64,000 nucleotides of DNA from Myxococcota bacterium (lineage in GTDB: Bacteria; Myxococcota_A; UBA796; CAJQPC01): NCBI GenBank assembly GCA_036012755.1, contig DASCPX010000070.1:272837-336836 (forward strand). The letters are read 5' to 3'. A program made the position numbers and the translations under genes. Under the pieces are notes generated by a model that worked only from the letters and a program-made list of their open reading frames with translations, did no database searches and was not told the origin of the DNA. Shown here piece by piece: positions 23,307 to 32,388 of this stretch. Positions within the stretch are counted from its first letter, which is position 1. The number at the start of each line of letters is the position of its first letter.

Positions 23307-24677
23307 ATGGACGTGGTCGTCGTCGGCGGAGGAATCAGCGGCCTGGCCTGTGCGCGAGCGCTTGCCGGAGACGGCCTCGACGTGCTCTGCCTGGAGGCTG
23401 CTCCTCGGGCAGGCGGGACGATCCAGACGGTTCGCCGTGGGGGCTTTGTGCTGGAAGGAGGTCCCACGGGATTCCGGGACAAGGTCGGCGCGGTTCGCGG
23501 GATCTGCTCGGAGCTGGGCATGGAGGGGGATCTGATCGGCTCCACACCCAGCGGAAGCCGGTGGATTCGCCGAGGCGGCAGGCTGAGGTCATTCCCGGCC
23601 AGCCTGCTGGGTTTCCTCGAGAGTGATCTGCTGAGTCTGCGCGGGCGATTGCGCATGCTGATGGAGCCGCTGGTCCCCTCCCGCTCAGAGGACGAGACCG
23701 TCGAGGAGTTCGCCGTCCGTCGCCTGGGGGCCGAGGCCGCCCGCTACCTGGTGGATCCAATCATCACGGGTGTCTTCGCCGGGGATCCCTGCAAGCTCAG
23801 TCTCCAGGCATGCCTGCCGCATCTCGCTGCCCTGGAGAGCCGCGGTCGCTCGCTGCTGCTAGCGCTGCTCCGGTCCCGGGGTCGCAGTCGTCCCCTGACC
23901 AGCTTCCGAGAGGGCACGGACCAGGTGGTTCGGATCCTCGCGCGCTCCCTGGGCCGACGCCTGGTGCTGGATGCGCCAGTGCTCGGCATCGGGCGGAGGC
24001 CTGGCGGCTTCCGTGTCCGAGTCGGAGGGAGCATGCTCGGCACGGTCGAGTGCTCCGCCGTGGTCTCCGCTGCCCCTGCGCCGGCCGCCCGACGCTACCT
24101 CTCGGAGCTCGACGAGGAGCTTGCCTGAGTCCTCGGCCAGGTGCCCGGCGCACCGGTCGCCGCCGTGACGCTCGGCTTCGCCCAGCACCAGGTGTCTGCC
24201 CCGCGCGAGGGCTTCGGCTACCTCGTCCCGTCGGCAGAGGACTGCCCGGTCCTCGGAGTCCTGCAGGCCGAGCAGATCTACCGCGGGTACCGGGCGCCAG
24301 AAGGTTGCTGCGTCATGCAGGTCTTCATGGGCGGCGGTCGTTCTCCGGACCTGGTCCACGGGGAGGAGGAGGAGCTGATCGCACTCGCCCTCGAAGAGCT
24401 CGGGTCGACCCTCGGCGTCCGCGGAGCTCCCCTCGTCTCTCAGGTCACGCGCCACTCCAGCGGCATTCCCCAGTATGTCCTCGGTCACCAGGACCGCGTG
24501 GCTCGCGTGGAGGCCCTGGCGGCCCGTCACCACGGTCTGAGGCTCTGTGGCAGCGGCCTTCGAGGTCCCGGCATGGACGCGCTGGTCCGGGACGCGGTGG
24601 TCACCGCGCGGGCTGTCGCCGACGACCTCCGGGGAGCAGGAGGCGCACCGCTCCTCTGCGCGGCGTCAGGAAGCTGA
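23307..24677 (+). CDS. hemY: Protoporphyrinogen/coproporphyrinogen oxidase (HemY family), in-frame TGA at 24126-24128
   Basis: VVVGGGISGL, ETVEEFAVRRLG, GVFAGDP, GFGYLVP, IPQYVLGH; both ORF pieces are in the same frame. Confidence 0.85.
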
Positions 24678-24789
24678 CAGTCTACGTCGGATGACCGATG
24701 GAGGCCGCCCTGCTGGTCGGGTAGCAGGCGGCCATGAATGGGCTCAAGTCAGAGACCTCATCGACTGACCGCTCGGGGGGACCCGACTA

Positions 24790-26337
24790 GTGGCTGCAAA
24801 TGTGATCGTCGTCGGCGCCGGCGCCGCCGGAATGGCCGCTGCTTCGGCGCTCGCCCACGGCGGGGCGAAGGTGACCGTCCTGGAGAAGGACCACTTCCTC
24901 GGCGGGCGGTGGGGGACCATGACCACCACCTCCTTCGAGCAGGATGACCGTCGGTGGGAGTTCCCCATCGAGCACGGGATCCACGGCTTCTGGAGGCAGT
25001 ACCGGAACCTCAGGGCGCTGCTCGCACGGCACGGTCTCGACCGCCACATGATCGACTCCGGGCGGCAGGAGCTGGCGCTCTGTCTGGATGGGGACCGGAT
25101 CCGGTTCCTCGACGTGGGCGACACGGTCCGGAACAGCCCGCTGCCGGATCCCTTCGCCTTCGCCGGTCTGCTGGCGGACCGTGAGTTCCTCCGCCTGGTG
25201 CTGCGCGCCAACCCGCTGGCCATGGTCTCGATGGCGCGGGACATGGGGCACGTCTTCGCCTTCGATCCCGCCAAGGACATCGAGGAGTACGACCAGTACA
25301 CCGTGCTCCAGCTGGTCAGGAACTGGCCGCCGTTCATGCGGTCCTTCTTCCGGTCCCTCGTCCACATGGCTTTCTTCCTGGAGCTGGACGAGGCAGCGCT
25401 GGGGGCCTTCATGACCAGCCTGCAGCACTACACGGTCTGCGACAAGCGCGACATCTCGTTCAACTACCTGGGCGACACCACCGAGGCCTGCGTCTTCAGA
25501 CCCATCGCGGACTTCATCGAGTCCCGCGGCGGGAGGGTGCTGACCAACAACCACGTCGAGGAGGTCGTGGTCGAGGATGGCCGCGTCTGCGGCGTCATGG
25601 CCAAGGACGCTCGGGGCCGTCGTCGTCGCCTCAAGGCCGACGCCTGCATCCTCGCGGTGGACCCTCCGGCGATGAAGGCGCTGCAGGTCGAGGGCCTCCC
25701 TGACGTCGTCCTCGGAGATCCTCCAGAGGCCATCGCCTCCAACACCGTGCGGTTCTGGTTCTCCGGGCGCCCGGCTCCCGAGAGGGCGACCAACGGCATG
25801 GTGTCGGGGCCGAACATCAACAACTACTTCTGGGTCAGCTCCATCCAGCGCCCCTTCGTCGAGTGGGCCGAGGCCACCGGCGGATCCGCCATCGAGGCTC
25901 ATCAGTACGGCGCGGTGGCGAACAAAGCCGCCAACCAGACCGACGCGGAGCTCATGGAGGGCGCTCGGCGGAGGATCGAAGAGGTCTGGCCGGGCGTGGC
26001 GGGGACCTGTGTGCATCAGCACCTCGTGCGCAGCCCGCCGGGTCACCCGGACTTCCGCAAGGGTGTCTGGAACAAGATGCCCCCGGTGCGCACCAAGCTG
26101 CCCAACCTGGCTATCTGCGGGGACTGGGTCGGGCCCGAGCATCACGTCTTCTTCCTCGAGCGCTGTGCGACGACCGGGCTCGAGGCTGCCAGGACCGTGG
26201 CTCCGGCCATCGGCGTGGATACGGGAGCCATGCCAGAGCTCATCCCCGCTCACCCGGCTTCATCGGGCTTCAAGCTCTACCAGCACATCGCCCAGGTGTT
26301 AAGGCGACAGGGACTGCTTCCCTCGCTGGACCGGTGA
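24790..26337 (+). CDS. FAD-dependent oxidoreductase, CrtU/zeta-carotene desaturase-like
   Basis: VGAGAAG, LGGR, EHGIHGFWRQYRNL, NLAICGDWV, LERCATTGLEAA. Confidence 0.8.
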   Translation: MAANVIVVGAGAAGMAAASALAHGGAKVTVLEKDHFLGGRWGTMTTTSFEQDDRRWEFPIEHGIHGFWRQYRNLRALLARHGLDRHMIDSGRQELALCLDGDRIRFLDVGDTVRNSPLPDPFAFAGLLADREFLRLVLRANPLAMVSMARDMGHVFAFDPAKDIEEYDQYTVLQLVRNWPPFMRSFFRSLVHMAFFLELDEAALGAFMTSLQHYTVCDKRDISFNYLGDTTEACVFRPIADFIESRGGRVLTNNHVEEVVVEDGRVCGVMAKDARGRRRRLKADACILAVDPPAMKALQVEGLPDVVLGDPPEAIASNTVRFWFSGRPAPERATNGMVSGPNINNYFWVSSIQRPFVEWAEATGGSAIEAHQYGAVANKAANQTDAELMEGARRRIEEVWPGVAGTCVHQHLVRSPPGHPDFRKGVWNKMPPVRTKLPNLAICGDWVGPEHHVFFLERCATTGLEAARTVAPAIGVDTGAMPELIPAHPASSGFKLYQHIAQVLRRQGLLPSLDR

Positions 26338-26368
26338 GGCTGGCGTCCAACTTGCAGGGCAGAGCCCC

Positions 26369-26797
26369 ATGAGCGTCCGACGATTCCCCGGCCAGCGGGC
26401 GGTGCGCATCGCGCTTCGTACGGCGCACATCGCCTCGATTGTGCTCCTCGTCGGGGCCGCCACGTTCGGTGAACCCATCGACGACTGGCTGGAGCTGGCG
26501 CTCTTGACTGGCGGACTCCTCGTTCTCGAAGAGCTGTTCCGCTACGGACTCCACTGGTTCCGCTGGCTCCAGTCCTGGGTCGTCGTGGGCAAGCTGGCCC
26601 TGCTGCTGTGCGTCCTGACACTGCCTGCGTACCAGCTCCCGGCGCTCTGGACGGCGCTCGTCCTGGGGGCCATCATCAGCCACGCACCCGGAGCGGTGCG
26701 CCAGTTCGCGATCTTCGGCGATCCGGGCCCCTGTGCGACGAAGGGGGCCCAGTCATGCCTGGAATCGACCCAAGGAGAACTCCATGACCCTAGCTGA
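26369..26797 (+). CDS. Hypothetical 4-TM membrane protein
   Basis: LRTAHI...SHAP conserved-looking His in TM1 and TM4; hydrophobic. Confidence 0.7.
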   Translation: MSVRRFPGQRAVRIALRTAHIASIVLLVGAATFGEPIDDWLELALLTGGLLVLEELFRYGLHWFRWLQSWVVVGKLALLLCVLTLPAYQLPALWTALVLGAIISHAPGAVRQFAIFGDPGPCATKGAQSCLESTQGELHDPS

Positions 26798-26906
26798 GAC
26801 CCTCGCCCTCCACTCCGGCTGGATCGCCGGCGTCATCGGCGCGACCGTCGCCGGCGGCTTCGCCCTCGCCGGACCTCTGTTCCTCTTCAGCCGCACTCGG
26901 CGGTGA
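26784..26906 (+). CDS. 40-aa single-TM small protein
   Basis: AAGGAG RBS; MTLAETLALHSGWIAGVIGATVAGGFALAGPLFLFSRTRR*; below ORF-track cutoff. Confidence 0.6.
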   Translation: MTLAETLALHSGWIAGVIGATVAGGFALAGPLFLFSRTRR

Positions 26907-27634
26907 CGCTCTCTCTCCGCCTGATCAGGCAGAGGGCAAGGACCGAGGCGAGCACCCCCTGAGCTGCGGCGGGGCCCGTCGTGCAAGCTGATGTTGCGTC
27001 CGTCCGCATCGCGATGGGCTGGGAAGTCTCCGAGACGTTCCCCGCCAGGTCGACGCTCCGGACGCGGACGAAGCGCTGGTCCAGCCTCCCAAAGTCCTCG
27101 TCCTCCAGCCGGACGAGCCCGGAAGCCGAAGCTGTCTCTGTCAGGGTGATCTCGCCGAAGGCCTCTGTCTCGGCCACCTCGAGCTCGTGGATGACCTGCC
27201 CCTCCTCGGGGTGATTTTCGAGGATCAGGGCCAGCACGTTTCCGCCGGCGCAGCCGTGGAGGGCCATGCTGCGGTCACTCCATGTGTCGAGGACGTCCAC
27301 CTTGTCGGGCGCCTCGTCGTCCGGCCCGTCACTCGTCGTGAAAGCCCGCTGTTGGGTGCTGTACGTGAACAGGTAGTGAGGTGTCGGGTTCCAGCCCGGC
27401 AGCCGGCTCGAAGGAGCTGTGCTCGTCAGTCTCCAGCGCCACCAGATCCACAGCCTCGCCCAGGTCTTCGTTCCAGAGCTCGGGCTGGAGGGTGTCCTCC
27501 GTGATGACGGCGTTGCGCACGACCAGGGTCGTGTTCGTCCCGACCACGGCGCCCCAGGCGGGGAGGAGCTCCACCGGTGGCCCGGACTCGGAGCAGGCAG
27601 CGGCAGGGGCGAGGAGGGCAAGGACCATGGACAT
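26887..27634 (-). CDS. Secreted protein with MYXO-CTERM-like tail (frameshift ~27385)
   Basis: MVLALLAPAAAC; VRVRSVDLAGNVS; ACTTGP...LALCLIRRR. Confidence 0.65.
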
Positions 27635-27691
27635 TCGAGTCTCCGCCTGCCTGCTCTGTGCATACGTCGCGCGAGGCGTCGGTGTGACCCC

Positions 27692-28162
27692 CTACTCGAG
27701 CTGACCGCTCTTCCAGGCCCGCAAGACGGCCTCGGCGCGCGTACGGCAGCCCAGCTTGTCCCGTGCATGCTCGACGTGTGTTCGGACCGTGGCGGGTCGA
27801 ATGCCGAGCCTACGGGCGATCTGTTCGGTCGTGCGGCCTTGGGCCACGTGTTGGAGCACGTCGCGCTCTCGGGAGGTGAGCGGCGTGGCGGATTCGGTCG
27901 GCTCGAGCCAGACCGCGAAGCCGCTCGGTGTCGTCAGGCAGGTGAGGCGCAGGATCGCGCCGAGGGCCTTGACGGGGAGTCCCCTGGGCATGTCACGGGC
28001 CCGGCAGCCGTTGGCGCAGACCGGCTCGCCATCCAGGGTGCGAGCCCCGACGACCTCCGCGCACTCTCGGCCCTCTGAGCCCTCGAGGGTCTCACTGGCT
28101 TCGACTACGCGTCCCTCGGGACTCAGTAGGAGCAAGAGCGGTCTCTTCATCGAGCGGATCAT
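27692..28162 (-). CDS. Cys-rich PAS-like sensor + LuxR HTH regulator (paralog of 18631-19155)
   Basis: GRECAEVVG...PVCANGC; LTSRERDVL...TVRTHVEHARDKLGC. Confidence 0.85.
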   Translation of the reverse strand: MIRSMKRPLLLLLSPEGRVVEASETLEGSEGRECAEVVGARTLDGEPVCANGCRARDMPRGLPVKALGAILRLTCLTTPSGFAVWLEPTESATPLTSRERDVLQHVAQGRTTEQIARRLGIRPATVRTHVEHARDKLGCRTRAEAVLRAWKSGQLE

Positions 28163-29426
28163 CGCAGAGCCGCCTCCGCGCAAAGGCCAAACGGAGGAAG
28201 TGAGGCAACAGACCAGCGAAGCCCAGGAAGACCGCGCCGCCGGTCACCGCGAGCACCGGGGCGAGCGATGCCGCGAGCCATGCCGGGCGGTGGGTGAAGC
28301 CCGGGCCGGGATGGAGGAAGCGCGTGATTCCGTCTACGATTCCGGCCGCGTGGAGCCAGATGGTCATGGTCGCCAGCGCGGCGTTCGTCATCACGATCCA
28401 TCGGCGCGCTCCCCCCATGGGCTGTCCAAGGAGCCAGGCCACGACAGCCAGCATCGCCATGGTGTCCATGCCCACCATTCCCGCCATGGCGTGGCCGGGC
28501 ACGAGATAGGTGCCATGGACCAGGCTGTTCAATGGGGGGAGGGCGAGGAGCATCGAGCTCGCGAGCACGAAGACGGTCCAGCCCTTGGCGGCGGCGAGGA
28601 GCGTCCGGCAGGCGCCGCCGTCGGTGTGGAGCTTCGTGAGGTCGGACAGCGCCTTGAGCAACACGACGATCTCGGTCATCGAGACCAAGAAGCCGATCCA
28701 CTTGAGCCCGTGTCCCTGGGGCAGGTGGTAGGTGTGGTGGACGTAGTTCACGAAGTTGTTGAGCACCGCGAGGAACCAGAGCGCCCAGGCAGTCCGCGAG
28801 TGGCCGTAGTCCCGGTCTCCAAGCTGAGCACCCAGCCAGACCAGGCAGCCGTAGACGAGGAAGTTGAGAGAGCCGATCAGCGTCCCACAGGACTTCAGCT
28901 GGATGCGGCGGTCCACGATGGGGTCCTCGAGGACCTGGGGCAGCAGCCAGGCGTACTGCTCTGCGAAGGTGAAGGCGAAGAGCCCGAGCCCGCTCACCCA
29001 CATCAGGACGTGGACGGGCTGGCGCCAGATGGCGGGGAGCAGCTGTCGCAGTGCCCAGATGCAGAGCGCCAGCCAGCCGAGCGCGATCGGGATGGCCCAG
29101 CCTGGATGGAAGCCCACGTATTCCCGGCCGGACCAGTGCCCGAGGGGCAGCGTCACGAGGATGCCGATGCCGGCGAATGCGAAGCTCGCGACCACCAGTC
29201 GGAGCGCGCTGTGGTCTCTCAGGACCCGGGCCAGCACGGCGACCGCGGCGAGGGCGAGCCAGGCGGCGCCGAAGACCGTGTGCAGGGGCCTGAGGGCGCG
29301 CATGTCGAGGCCGAGCGGTTCCATCACCGCGGCGCCCGCTGGGAGTGTGTAGAGAGCTGCCAGGAGGCCTGCGAGCAGCGCGGTGCAGAGAGCGACCAGC
29401 GCCCCGCGGGTGAAGGTCGCGCTCAC
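28092..29426 (-). CDS. NorB-like heme-copper oxidoreductase subunit I with atypical ligands
   Basis: ~12 TM; LRPLHT, SGREY, NYVHHTYH, SMTE, LPPLNSLVHGTYLVPGHAM; GTG overlaps cytochrome stop. Confidence 0.85.
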   Translation of the reverse strand: MSATFTRGALVALCTALLAGLLAALYTLPAGAAVMEPLGLDMRALRPLHTVFGAAWLALAAVAVLARVLRDHSALRLVVASFAFAGIGILVTLPLGHWSGREYVGFHPGWAIPIALGWLALCIWALRQLLPAIWRQPVHVLMWVSGLGLFAFTFAEQYAWLLPQVLEDPIVDRRIQLKSCGTLIGSLNFLVYGCLVWLGAQLGDRDYGHSRTAWALWFLAVLNNFVNYVHHTYHLPQGHGLKWIGFLVSMTEIVVLLKALSDLTKLHTDGGACRTLLAAAKGWTVFVLASSMLLALPPLNSLVHGTYLVPGHAMAGMVGMDTMAMLAVVAWLLGQPMGGARRWIVMTNAALATMTIWLHAAGIVDGITRFLHPGPGFTHRPAWLAASLAPVLAVTGGAVFLGFAGLLPHFLRLAFARRRLCDDPLDEETALAPTESRGTRSRSQ

Positions 29427-29830
29427 TCGAACTCCCACCACGGCAGGTCGGCCAGCGTCTCCCCGCGGGCCTGTCCCACGCCCGTGCCGTCGATGTGGCG
29501 CAGCCACGCAGCGAGCGCGGCGACCTCTGTCTCGTCCAGGTCATAGGCTGGCATCCCACCCGGTCCGGCCAGCAGCATGGCGTCGAGGACGGGCTCGAGG
29601 TCCTCGCCGTAGCGGGTCGCCGCGTTCGTCAGGTCCGGGCCGAGGAAGCCGCCGTAGCCGTAGATCTGGTGGCAGGCCTGGCAGTCGTGCCGGTGCCAGA
29701 GTCGGATGCCCTCCGTGGCCTGCGGATCGACGGTCTGACCTTCGGAGGGGTCGAGGTAGACCCAGGCGGTCTGGCCCAGGAACGCTGTGGCCAACAGCGC
29801 CATCCAGAGCCGCCGTGTGCCGGGTTTCAT
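29423..29830 (-). CDS. NorC-like membrane-anchored monoheme cytochrome c
   Basis: N-terminal TM; DCQACHQIYGYGGFLGPDLT, MPAYDL. Confidence 0.88.
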   Translation of the reverse strand: MKPGTRRLWMALLATAFLGQTAWVYLDPSEGQTVDPQATEGIRLWHRHDCQACHQIYGYGGFLGPDLTNAATRYGEDLEPVLDAMLLAGPGGMPAYDLDETEVAALAAWLRHIDGTGVGQARGETLADLPWWEFE

Positions 29831-29883
29831 CGCTCAGCCGCGCCCGCCGATGACAACCGGATCCAGGTGGGTCGTCACCATGT

Positions 29884-29932
29884 CCCCTCCTACATCGTTA
29901 GGAGGGCCTACCACATCGGTCACATGACCGAT
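29884..29932. promoter_or_regulatory. Inverted repeats in the divergent norC-like/radical SAM intergenic region
   Basis: ATCGGTCA-CA-TGACCGAT (29915-29932) and CCCTCC-N10-GGAGGG. Confidence 0.5.
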
Positions 29933-29966
29933 ACCCTCGACGTGATTCCGCTGCTAGCGAGGCCCG

Positions 29967-31274
29967 ATGAGACTCCACCTGATCGACGTTGCGCCGGTGC
30001 CGACCGCCAGGCAGAGTTTCCAGACCCTCTCGCTCCCCCGACTCGCAAGCTGCACACCAGCCGGAATCGACGTCTACATCACCGACGGCCGAGTCGAGGA
30101 GATCGACATCGACCGGTCTGCGGACGTCGTCGGACTCACGTTCTCGTGCAACAACGCGCTCCAGGCCTACGAGCTGGCGGGGCGCGCGCGGGCCATGGGG
30201 GCGAAGGTGGTGGCTGGCGGCACCCACGCCACGGCGATGCCCGAAGAGGCCCTCCAGCACGTGGACGCCGTGCTCTCGGGCGAGGCTGAGGGCGGAGCCT
30301 GGGCGAGGGTGCTCGAGGATCTCGCCGCGGGCCGGAGTGAAGGCTGCTACCGGAACCAGCAGCCACCGAGCATCAGCGGCCTCGCCGCACCCAGGCTCGA
30401 CCTGCTGCGACACCCGGATCGCTACCTCGACTTCTCTCCGATGGAGGCCACGCGCGGCTGCCCCCACGGCTGCAGCTTCTGCTTCAACTCGGCCATCCAT
30501 GGCCCGGGCTTCCGCACCCGCCCGGTCGAGGAGGTCGTCGAGGACGCCCGCCGCTCGCCGAGCCGGAACCTGATGTTCATGGACGACAACCTCTGCGGCA
30601 AGCGGGCCTACGCGAAGGAGCTCTTCGAGGCCCTGATTCCACTGAAGAAGCGCCTGTTCTTCCAGACCCACCTGCTGATGGCAGAGGACCTCGAGCTCCT
30701 CGACCTCGCTCGGAGGGCTGGGGCCCACTTCGCCTTCGTCGGCATCGAGTCCTTCGAGGAGGCGAGCCTGGCCTCCGTGGAGAAGAGCTGGAATCCCCTC
30801 GACAAGTACAAGTCCCTGGTTCGACGCTTTCACGACCACGACATCTTCGTCAGCGCCGGGCTCATCCTGGGCCTGGACTGTGATGGCCCGGACATCTTCG
30901 ACAAGACCATCCACTACCTGAACGAGATCGAGGTCGACAACGCAGCCGTCAACCTGCTGATCCCCTATCCGGGCACCGACTTCTACCGGAAGATGAAGGC
31001 CGAAGGCCGCCTGCTCACGGACGACTACCGGCGCTACACCGGCTTTGACGTCGTCGTGGAGCCGAAGAGCATGACGGTCGCCGAGCTCGAACGCGGCTAC
31101 GACCGGGTCCTGAAGGAGTTCTACCGGCCAGGTCGGTATGCTCGCACCCTGCTCTCGGCGGGCATGTGGAAGCGCGCTCCGGTCTACGCGATGGCGTGGT
31201 GGCGGGAGCCGCGTCGACGCACCTTTCGGAGCCTCGGGCGCTCCATCAACCGGCGTGGTGGGGACCTTGAATGA
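29967..31274 (+). CDS. B12-binding domain radical SAM protein
   Basis: LPRLASCTP, VAGGTHAT..PEE, TRGCPHGCSFC, FMDDN, GIES, PYPGT. Confidence 0.92.
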   Translation: MRLHLIDVAPVPTARQSFQTLSLPRLASCTPAGIDVYITDGRVEEIDIDRSADVVGLTFSCNNALQAYELAGRARAMGAKVVAGGTHATAMPEEALQHVDAVLSGEAEGGAWARVLEDLAAGRSEGCYRNQQPPSISGLAAPRLDLLRHPDRYLDFSPMEATRGCPHGCSFCFNSAIHGPGFRTRPVEEVVEDARRSPSRNLMFMDDNLCGKRAYAKELFEALIPLKKRLFFQTHLLMAEDLELLDLARRAGAHFAFVGIESFEEASLASVEKSWNPLDKYKSLVRRFHDHDIFVSAGLILGLDCDGPDIFDKTIHYLNEIEVDNAAVNLLIPYPGTDFYRKMKAEGRLLTDDYRRYTGFDVVVEPKSMTVAELERGYDRVLKEFYRPGRYARTLLSAGMWKRAPVYAMAWWREPRRRTFRSLGRSINRRGGDLE

Positions 31275-32380
31275 GCGAGAGGTCGATGTCTGAGACGATC
31301 GCAGTCAGTGGATTCGAGATGCACGCAGCCGGAGAGTCGCTGCGCCCTGCCCAGCGGGTCATCACCGAGGTGGCCGAAGACGAGGTCGTGGTCGAGGTCG
31401 CCGGCTGCGGTCTCTGCCACACCGATATCGGCTTCCTCTATGGCGGTGTTCGCACGCGGCAGCCCCTGCCTCTCATCCTCGGGCACGAGATCAGCGGTGT
31501 CGTGAAGACCGCTGGCGCGGGCTGTCAGCACCTCCTCGGAGAGCCGGTCGTGGTCCCAGCGGTCATTCCCTGCGGCGCATGCGGAGACTGCCTGGCGGGG
31601 AGACCGATGATCTGCAGTACGCAGGTCATGCCGGGGAACGACCGAGATGGGGGCTTCGCCACGCACGTGGTGGTCCCCGGGCGGGGCCTCTGCCCTGTCC
31701 CTGGAGCCTCCGCCGATCCCGACGCGCTGCTCCCCGGACCCAGCGGGCTGACCCTCAGGCACCTCGCCGTCATCGCCGACGCGATCAGCACCCCCTACGC
31801 AGCGCTCGAGCGCTCGGGCCTCGGCGAGGACGGCCTGGCCATCGTCATCGGCCTGGGCGGAGTCGGGGGCTACGCTGCGCAGCTGGCCAAGGCCCGCGGG
31901 GCCAGGGTGATCGGCCTGGACATCGACGCGGACAAGCTGGCGCGGGCGGATGACTTCGGTCTCGATCGCGCCGTGAACGTCCGCGACGTCGACGCCCGCG
32001 CCCTCAAGAAGCAGATCCGGGCCTGGTCGAACCAGTGGGGGGTCGCGACCCGGAACCAGGTCGTAGTCGAGTGCTCCGGCACCGCCTCTGGCCAGACCCT
32101 CGGCTTCGGTCTGCTCACTCGTGGAGCCACGCTCTGCGTGGTCGGTTTCACGCTCGACAAGCTCCCGCTGAGGCTCTCGAACCTGATGGCCCTGGACGCT
32201 CGCGCGATCGGCACCTGGGGCTGCGATCCGTCGCTCTACCCCGCCGTCGTCGACCTCGTCCTGGAGGGTCGCATCCAGCTCGGCGCCCACACCGAGCTTC
32301 GCCCCCTCGGCGGGATACAAGACGCCTTCGACCAAGTCCGCAGTCACCAGGCCCAGCGCCGGCTGGTGCTCACCCCCTGA
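31271..32380 (+). CDS. had: 6-hydroxycyclohex-1-ene-1-carbonyl-CoA dehydrogenase
   Basis: GCGLCHTD, GHEISG, PAVIPCGACGDC, MPGND, RLSNLMALDA, GTWGCDP. Confidence 0.9.
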   Translation: MSERSMSETIAVSGFEMHAAGESLRPAQRVITEVAEDEVVVEVAGCGLCHTDIGFLYGGVRTRQPLPLILGHEISGVVKTAGAGCQHLLGEPVVVPAVIPCGACGDCLAGRPMICSTQVMPGNDRDGGFATHVVVPGRGLCPVPGASADPDALLPGPSGLTLRHLAVIADAISTPYAALERSGLGEDGLAIVIGLGGVGGYAAQLAKARGARVIGLDIDADKLARADDFGLDRAVNVRDVDARALKKQIRAWSNQWGVATRNQVVVECSGTASGQTLGFGLLTRGATLCVVGFTLDKLPLRLSNLMALDARAIGTWGCDPSLYPAVVDLVLEGRIQLGAHTELRPLGGIQDAFDQVRSHQAQRRLVLTP

Positions 32381-32388
32381 GAGGTCCC

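Noticed and set aside
24126..24180. Selenocysteine in HemY
   Set aside because: Not a Cys-equivalent catalytic position and no convincing SECIS seen; treated as nonsense or error.
28092..29426. Calling this gene norB or ccoN
   Set aside because: Lacks the helix VI His/Glu and has HAM for HxH; symbol withheld.
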